Origin: Oikopleura dioica
Taxonomy: Eukaryota > Animalia > Chordata
Assembly (NCBI GenBank): GCA_907165135.1
Contig: OU015568.1
Location: forward strand, 992,001 to 1,056,000
Direction: 5' to 3'
DNA: 64,000 bases
Shown: positions 56,027-64,000 of the stretch, piece after piece
Layout: every line of letters begins with the position of its first letter
How positions within the stretch are numbered: position 1 is the stretch's first letter
Program-made: the position numbers and the translations under genes
Notes under the pieces: generated by a model
The model's database searches: none
Seen by the model: only the letters and a program-made list of their open reading frames with translations
What the model was told of the DNA's origin: nothing

Positions 56027-57465
56027 ATGAAGCTTTTTTCTCTTTTTGGAAGTTTTGTTGCCGCCTCGGAGAAGGTTGATTACTCCGGAAGCAAAGTTCT
56101 AAGGTAATTAAAATTTTTTTTATTTTTTGCTCATTCTCTTATTTTTTAGAGTCACCGTCGAGGATGAAGCCCAGCTCAAGTTCATCCGAGCCGTGAGCGG
56201 CGATTTTGACATCTGGAAGGACGCTCATGTCAAGGGCGATGTCATGGACATCCTCGTCCCTGGAGAATACCTTTCTCGAACGTCCAACACCCTTCGCGCT
56301 CGAGGAGTCGAGTTCAACATCATGGTGGATGATGTCCAGGCTCTTATCGATGAAACTACTCCTTCGAACACTGAGTACACTACCTACGCCGACTTCGACT
56401 ACAATACCTATCACACTTTTGACGCTCATCAGCAGTGGCAAGCTGATTTTGCTGCGGAAAACAGCGATATCGTCAATGTCGTCGAGTACGGAACATCTCT
56501 CGAGGGCCGACCTTTGAACACGATGGTCATTGGAAAAGGCAGTCGAAAGATGATTCTTCACGGAGGAACTCACGCTCGAGAATGGATCAACCCGATCGAA
56601 ATGATCAATTTCTCCAAGCAACTTGGTAAGTCTCGATTTTCTTTCTTGAAATCAATAAATATTTTTCAGTCGAGGAGTACCGAGCTGGTGGTGAGTCGGC
56701 CAATTACCTCAACGATCTTGAATGGCACATCACTATCAACACCAACCCCGATGGCTACGTCTACTCTTGGACAAACGACCGAATGTGGCGAAAGACCCGA
56801 AACCCAGACACGGGCGGAGTTTGCGTTGGTGTTGACCCCAACCGAAACTGGGATGCCTGCTGGGGATGCCCAGGCGCATCGGCTAACACTTGCAGTCAGA
56901 CTTTCTATGGAAGAAGTGTCTTTAGCGAAGTCGAGACAAAGGTAACCTCTGTTTATACGATCCAATATTCATGTTTATTTCAAGGCCGCTGCTGATTACA
57001 TCACCAACATGTCTGGCAACGTCGTCGGATACGCCGATGTCCATGCCTACAGTCAGTACTGGATGACACCATTCGGCTACAAACGAACCCACCCAGCTGA
57101 TTACGACGACCAAATGACAGTTTCCAACGCTGCTCGGGATGCAATTTACGGAGTTCACAGAAAGTTGTTCGCCACTGGAAGCATCTATGACGTCATCTAC
57201 CAGGTTTTTTATCTGACAATTATATGAGAACAACGTTATATCATTGAAAAATTCGCCCTATAACAATTCATAGGCTTCCGGAAACACAGCCGATTGGGTC
57301 TACGAGACCGCCGGTGTCAAGTGCTCCTTCGCTCTCGAACTCCGCGACAAGGGTCAGTATGGATTCCTTCTCCCTGCCGATCAAATCCAGCCCGTCAAAG
57401 AAGAAATGTGGGCCGGTTTCACCGCATGGGCAGATCTCGCCATTCAGGGTCTCTGCGACAGCTAG
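56027..57465 (+). CDS. Pro-carboxypeptidase A/B-type (M14A) zinc metallopeptidase
   Basis: Signal + prodomain; GTHAREW (His69/Glu72), [26 protein letters not shown] (His196) and FALELRD (Glu270). ASGNTADW places Ala at position 255, i.e. CPA-like rather than CPB-like. Confidence 0.95.
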
Positions 57466-57584
57466 ATAAATTAACTGTGCAATTCAAAAGAAGACTAGCT
57501 CTATTCAAATGAATGGTTCAATAAATGCTCTTTTCAAATTTGAAATTTATTCACAGTTATTGACTTTGGCCCGGAAATGGCGTT

Positions 57585-59004
57585 TTACTCTTTTGAGTGC
57601 TTGATCTTTGGGATGCGATATTTGAACATTTCATAATCCGATCTGAAAATAATTCATTAGAAAAAAAATTGTTTATTCAATTTACCTGTAAATATCGATA
57701 AATTCTTCTATCACTTCCAAATCTATTCCCTCAAAAGCTGTGGCAAAGAGATTTCGATGATTTCTCATCAGCTGCTCGTTCAATTTCGAGTCGTGCTCAA
57801 CTTCGATCAGGAAATTGCATGTTTCTTTATTATCTTTCAATGGTTTCGCATTGCTCGTGTCAAAAAGACGGCGCTTTATATTGAACCTTTCCTACGTTAA
57901 GTTGGTGGCAGAGCTCGCGCATATCTTGATCGAAAGTTTCCAATTTGATGATGAATGTGTATGTCATTTGGCAGACAGAACAAATTGCACCTTGGCGAAG
58001 TAGCCGCTGGTCGGTTCGGTAGCCACTTGAGATGACGTATTGCATGTACTGATTTGATAAAACTGATTGAGGAAATATTGATAGGAAAATTACCTTTTTG
58101 AATTCTCCACGGCGATGATCATCCCATTGAGTCAAAGATTTCCCATGTTTTGCCTGACAAAGAATGCATAAATTGCTAGGACAAAAGAAAAATTTTTTAA
58201 TTAATTTTTTGAGAACCACAATTATGTTTTTTAGGTTATTTGTAAGAAATTTAATGATTTCTAGAAGATGATACTCATAAAGTTCTATCAAAACAGTGAA
58301 AAGATATGCTTTGCGCTCTTTCTTGTATTCATCCGCAAACGCCGACAAAACCTTACTAATCGGGTCCTGAACAATCAGCACTCTCACTTTCGATCCAGCA
58401 GCTTTTGTCTCCAATTCTCTCTCATCCGCAATCAAGTCTGTCTTCAACTCATTCTTGTCCAATTTCGCCTGGAGTTCTTCAACATTATGATGAATAATGC
58501 CAAGAAGTCCGTTTGACTCGCCATATGGAGTTTTGCAAAGAAATACGCCATTGCCGTAGAGGCTGTGGCGAAGAGTTTGAGCTTTGTTAGGCGGAGTTAG
58601 GAGCTGAGTGCACATTTCGTCGATTCGCAGTAAAAGATCGCCTTGTTGTGAGCCTTTCAACGGGGTCGGAAAATGCGTTATTTTTCTAGAACTTCCCATT
58701 GTTCCTGGCTAAATTGACCCTTATCATGTAAATTATGCAAAACAAGCTCGTGTTTGTTCAATTCCTGGTTGTTATCCTTCATTTTATGCACTTGCTTCTT
58801 CAACAAATGAATTTGTTTCGCTGACGATTCTTCTTTATTCAAAAGCTCTTGAAGCTGGTGCGTTGAAAATCGTGCATCCGAGGCTTTTATTCTCTCAGAA
58901 AGTTTCAGCATACTTTTTTGAAGCTCTCCCACCGACCCTGTCAGCATGAAAATACTAACTGTGACATAAAGTAAAAAAGCGAGAACTGCTAAGTGGCGAT
59001 ACAT
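57585..59004 (-). CDS. Golgi type II Sulfotransfer_2 (CHST-like) protein with degenerate motifs and an apparent frameshift
   Basis: Signal anchor MYRHLAVLAFLLYVTVSIFML, coiled stem, VLIVQDPISKVLSAF, CSVCQMTYTFIIKLETFDQD and C-term IYRSDYEMFKY; frame break at 57860-57866. Confidence 0.75.
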
Positions 59005-59779
59005 TTGAAATTGAAGCGGGCCCAGAAAAAAATATTGCCAGAATAATGTTTTTATTAATCTTGATGGACCGGTTGATGCACTGGTGGTGATGCCCGCGGG
59101 AGCAGATAATTGAAATTCTTTTTGAGATTTTTTCTTCTTCATCATTTTTAAAGGCCCAAATATCTTAGTTTCGAATGATTGAATATTTTGATAATAGACA
59201 AAAATTTTCTTCACTTTATTTGACAAATGCGGATTTTTTATAGTTTGCGTTCAGTCTTACGTGAAAGGGGTTATTGTCTCCGGTGAATAGAAAAATAAAT
59301 ACAGGGATCTACGTAGCGCGTCGAAAAAACTCACTCTAGTCAAATTTCAAAGAGTTAAAAAAAGAACGAAAAAATGGGAAATGTTCTTTGGACCCTAGGT
59401 ATGTAAGTAAAAGAGGGATTGCGAGGGAAAATTGTTTAGTGAACTTGGTGATTTTGATCTTTATTGGCTGGCCAGTGGCGATGTTCTGCGCTGGAATCTA
59501 CATTTTTGTCGCTCCCTTCGCTGCTTGTCTTGGATCAGGTTAGATATTTATTTTGAAAAAAGAGTGACGGGTATCTAAGGATGCGACAAAATTGCGGATC
59601 TTATGGATAAGGGTATCCAGTGGCCTCGCGGACTCGGAAAAGCAATTGCAAACGGGAGCGACAGCATGGGGCTCTAATTGACTTTTATTTTCTTTGGAAA
59701 TAAATCTCAAACGTCACTTCGATGCCTCTGATTAATTTTTTTTTATTTTCGAGTACATAAATTTCAAAGAAGAGGACAA

Positions 59780-61341
59780 TTAGATTGAACAAAAATCTTC
59801 TGTAACGCTTAAAATTACCGGATAGTCGATCTGATGGGTTTGATTTCCGATTATATCAGCAAAAATTATTTCGTCTCCAGAAAAATCGAGCCGCTGAATC
59901 GGATATTCTTTTTCTCTTATTCCAGTCTCGTCGTCATATGAAACAACTGTGTAGCCGCCAAAGATATATACAGACGAGTCGACCAAAATCGATGATGCTC
60001 CAATCACACTCTTTTGAAATCGTTAGAGCAATATTGCTATTTAAAATAGCCTATTTCTTTTAAAACCTGTTTTAAATCTCCAATGAGTGACCAGGACTCA
60101 TCGACAGCAGAAAGCATCCATACTGCCGACAAATAATTTTCAGGATATGGCCCAAATCCGTTGTGTCCGCCAATAGTTATCATAGATCCCGTACTTAGAC
60201 CGATCGATGTATGTGCGCCAAAGTTTCTTAATTGCGTTACTTGATTTTGGACAAAAAACTACCTGGGATGATTTGGTACGTCGTTTGATGACCAGCCATC
60301 ATCGTTCAAAATTTCAATTTTTCTGTAGGAGTTTAAGTCGGAACCAAGAGAAGCAGTCGGTTTTCCTTTGAAATAAGCAAGTGATCCGTACGTATGAGGA
60401 TATGTTGTTGAGTGCGTTCGTCTAGCAGATTCACCATCAAAAATTTGACACCTGCGCATTGTCACGGAGTCAGTACCAAAGCAAATTAAAGCTAAGTAGA
60501 TATATAATTTGATAACATGATGCAAAATTGCAGCTTTTACCTCCAGAATCATCATTGAGACTCAATGCGGATCCTGTTTCGTCGACATCGAAGCTCAACG
60601 TTGATGAGAGTTGTCGGAATTGACAATCCTCAAGAATCCACATCTATTATTATTTGTTTTTATTGAAATAAATAATTTAAATTACGTCTTCTTCAAAAAT
60701 ATGAAGAAACCCTTTTATCATTGCAAAAAGAGAGCCCCGGAGCCAAACGTCCGATGGCGGGAGGGGAACGTTGAATCGTTTATGTCCGTCGCCAGAAATT
60801 ATGTATGGCATTTCAGGCACGCTGCTATCAAAGCCCATTATGAATGTCCTGCTCTAGAAAAAAATATCTGCAATGTTTCTTTGGAGAGAAATATACCGGT
60901 TCGCATAAAGGATGGGGACAATCTAGACATCCATTAAAGCAATTTACGCCGCATGGACAATTTGCTTCACAGTCTTAACAAACCGCTCACTACTAAGAAG
61001 GGTATCAAATCAATTTATACCGCCTAATTCGCGTCCACAAAGACTCTGACAAGAGCTTTCATTGCAAGTTTCAAGGCAATCCATATATTTGGCAAAGCAG
61101 TCCGCTGAGCAAATACGCTGTAGATCCGGACGTCTGAAAATTTTAGTTTGTTTAGGAGTCTCAGAGAAAAAATAAATCTAATCAACAATTATTAATGGTT
61201 AATCTAATTATTATTATCTGATAGAAAATCAACATACGTGCATTCTTCCTCTCTTTTCAAATGTTTTTCAGACGCTTGGATAGTCGTTGCATTAATGCGA
61301 CCAGCATTAAAAATGAAAAATACAAATACGATGGATATCAT
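59780..61341 (-). CDS. Secreted Cys-rich + Kelch-like propeller protein (family copy 3)
   Basis: Signal MISIVFVFFIFNAG; CSADCFAKYMDCLETCNESSCQSLC...CPCGVNCFNGCLDC; LICF...CQIFDG, HTYGSLAYFKGKP, VYIFGG; C-term YPVILSVTEDFCSI*. Confidence 0.75.
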
Positions 61342-61541
61342 TTTGAATTAATAGAAGACAAGATTTTTCAACGAAATTCTTGCCACAGCTGAGAGTTTTC
61401 ACAAAAAATGTAAATTTACGTCCCGAACATTTTCCTACCTCTAGGAAAAAATAAATACGGGGTCTAGGAGAACCAGCAACATAAAGTTTAATTAAGCAAA
61501 AATTGTCAATATAAGATTTATTCATTTGTTTTCTGTTGAAC

Positions 61542-62902
61542 TTAGAGATTTTGCTCGATACTGACATCGAGTTGTTCAAAAGTTGAGGAATGATGGCTTG
61601 GAGTTTTTTGGCGACGATGATTTTCGATGAAATTGGTGATTTTCGCTTTCCACCGTGGCTTAAAAACTTTTTGAAGAAACGGACTTCTCGATTGGGCACT
61701 TCGTGTTTTGTCTAGATTCGAAATTGTCTTACCAGAGGATTTTTAAAAGTCGGCCAATCAATCTTTCTCCGTCTGACACACGCGCATCCCTTGACCTTCT
61801 AAAAATAATCTTCACCGAATTGTGATTACATTTGTCAACATGTCAAAAATCGCTGATCAAAGAACAAAACTTAAGGTCAACGCGCTCTATAAAGTTCCTA
61901 CCGCGGATCGCGAATCAGACGATGCCTCATCAATCAGCTCTTCTTCGTTTAGTGAATCGATTTCGATTTTATGCGCAATCAGGAGTTCTTCCTCCGATGA
62001 CTCCGGGTTTATGAGCTTGACATTTGAATCGACAGACGAGGAATCTGATGGCTTGGTGATTTGGGAGGAATTTGTGGGTTGGACAGGGCCAGGGCCAAGG
62101 ACTGTTGAGGCTTCGGAGATTTGAGAGGGCTCTTCTGGGATGGGAATAAATTCCTTTTTTGGGTTTGTTTTTATATTTTTATTTGAAAAATTAACACTAA
62201 AAAAATTATCTACTAAAAACCATAAACTTATTCTGAATTTATAAATTTGGAATTTTTTATCTCACTGATATAATATCAGTCTTTATTGAATCAATTATAT
62301 AATTTCTTTTTTTAGAAATATTCGCGTCGACAATCGTCTGAGTGCAGAAAACCATTGGTAGCGATTTTACATTACGAGTAAATTTTTATAAAAAAGAAAC
62401 CCTGACAATCGACTTTTTCTCGCTCTCTTGACCTTCAAAATCGTGTCCTCGCTCTTTTCAGGAATTGGCGGAGGCAGTTCTTTTTCGAATTTCTCTTGAT
62501 CTTGCTGAATCAGCAGATTGTCTAGCGACTCAAATTTCGGCTCTTGAATTTCTTCCATGTCTTCGTCTTGAATACTTTCGATTTCTGAGATGGTTCCAGA
62601 GTCAGAATCGTCGATAGTTTTTGTGGGTTCAGTTTCGTAGTCGAAGATTTTTCGGATCGACTTTCTTTCTAAAAAAAATATCAGAGGTGTTCCCCTTAAT
62701 TTCATTTTTTACCCTTTCGTTTTAAAGTTCCGCTTCTTCCAATTTCATGAATAATTTGGCTCATCAAACTATCCTCATCGCTTTCCTCGATTTCTTCCTC
62801 TAGAAAATTTTCCCTCTCCATTCGAAAACGAAAAAATCCTCTGACGAGCCTTAGAGCCCTCTTTTTTGTACTAATACCTGGCGCGCGCCTTGTTTTCCCC
62901 AC
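61542..62902 (-). CDS. Uncharacterised low-complexity acidic/basic protein
   Basis: Several GC-richer open segments with GT-AG boundaries (e.g. ...EEEIEESDEDSL..., ...EKELPPPIPEKSED...); model incomplete. Confidence 0.45.
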
Positions 62903-63167
62903 AGATCAGAAGAAACAATAAAACTGCTCGTAATAGAGCACTTAGTACTAATCAAAGGTTTTACACCTGCTCGCGCGGCGATTGTTCCGCTTCTCAAGGA
63001 AAGAAATGCGAAAGATGCTCTGAAGAAAACGAATGCTGCCGTTTATTGCACTGATAACTTATGAGTGAACTTGAGAAACTCAGATTTTAAAGTCTTTTCG
63101 GACAGCGTAGCCGGGCCCCTTGCATTCGGGGACGGTGATTGGGAAAAACTTTGAAAAGGTTAAAATT

Positions 63168-64000
63168 TCATTTTTCCTCCTCTGATTGGTCGAAATTCTC
63201 GATTATTTTTTCTGATTGGTTCAAAGTAGGAAATTCTCTATTTCTTCGTCGCAACCAATCAAAAGTAAGTAGACGCTTTCGACCAATAAAAAGCGTGAAT
63301 TTCTTTTCAACCCTTTTCCTGATCATCATCAAAATTGCTGTCAAGAGAGACGGCAATCTCATAATCTCCCGGCGCCAAAAGTCTGAAATACTCTCCATTC
63401 TTCGTAACAGTAATTCCATGCGAATTTCCCTTGATGACGACCACCGCTCCAGTCGCCGGTGCACCAGTTTGCGCGTCAACGACGAGTCCGTAAACGCCGC
63501 AGTGTACCTTTTAATTTTGTATTCAAAGTAGGAAGTTCGCGACGCGCCTTTAAAAATTAATCTACCTTTGACATAAAAGCGAGGAGCGCGTTTTTGTTTT
63601 CTCCCCAGTAGGTCGGCAGCGTGTCTTCTTTTGGAAACTTGTCGCAGCCAAGTTCAAGGGTGATTTCGAAGCAGTTCGAGGCGAGGTAGTTGAAGTCCTG
63701 CATGCCGCCCGGGACGGAGTACCAGTCTGCTCCGTTGGTAATTCCGTTCTAAAAGTCTTTGAAACATGGAAATCAAGGAAGAAGCCTACCGCAAATTTCT
63801 CCCCCGGATCGCAGGCTTGTCCCTTTTTGCTCATTCTCGTATGCGCCATTGAATAAGAACTGGCCAAGTAACGGAAAGTCGAATCATCAGGCGATTCTAG
63901 ACAGAAAATTAAACTCCTTCGTTCCCCTCTCTTCTCTGATTACTTTGATAGTGACCCATTTCTTGACCATTGCACGAAGCGTCATAAGGATAATTGGCGA
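63168..64000 (-). CDS. Carboxypeptidase E/D/N-type (M14B), 3' part only
   Basis: [60 protein letters not shown] and [14 protein letters not shown] (transthyretin-like domain). 5' end lies beyond the window. Confidence 0.9.

Noticed and set aside
63275-63320. Possible 43-nt GA-AG intron near the CPE-like C-terminus
   Set aside because: A GT donor alternative gives a short but acceptable ending, and flanking residues are not conserved enough to fix the junction.
41553-64000. Insulin-like gene plus CPE-type and CPA-type carboxypeptidases as a processing cluster or operon
   Set aside because: They are separated by 13-20 kb of unrelated genes on mixed strands; co-location is compatible with chance.

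Overview
Eukaryotic, AT-rich and extremely gene-dense DNA: about 30 spliced genes in 64 kb, mostly with ~40-60 nt introns. The compact layout, several GA-AG/GG-AG introns and a lineage-expanded Cys-rich+Kelch family point to a larvacean tunicate, most likely Oikopleura dioica (inference; no database search run). Recognisable genes: SLC43-like transporter with a nested antisense C-type lectin-like gene, somatomedin-B protein, degenerate kinesin, Kelch-propeller proteins, VWA protein, POU-specific-domain protein, secreted EF-hand protein, class-3 lipase, muscarinic-type GPCR, MFSD12-like transporter, lectin-serine protease, TMA7, insulin-like peptide, BAG6-like UBL protein, SETD3/4-like methyltransferase, two M14 carboxypeptidases and a Sulfotransfer_2 protein. 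About 12 non-autonomous DNA transposons (MITE/foldback) lie in introns and spacers, some nested; no transposase ORF was seen. No tRNA, rRNA or CRISPR array is supported. Main leads: (1) all four well-supported non-GT introns carry terminal inverted repeats that pair their ends, three sharing a GGCT...AGCC core, consistent with a MITE-derived introner or structure-assisted splicing system; (2) a 12-cysteine insulin-like peptide; (3) a motor-only pseudo-kinesin; (4) a shared, unrecognised 4-Cys secreted domain, with a duplicated terminal exon in one gene; (5) a POU protein without a recognisable homeodomain. Gene models were built by eye, so some exon boundaries are approximate.
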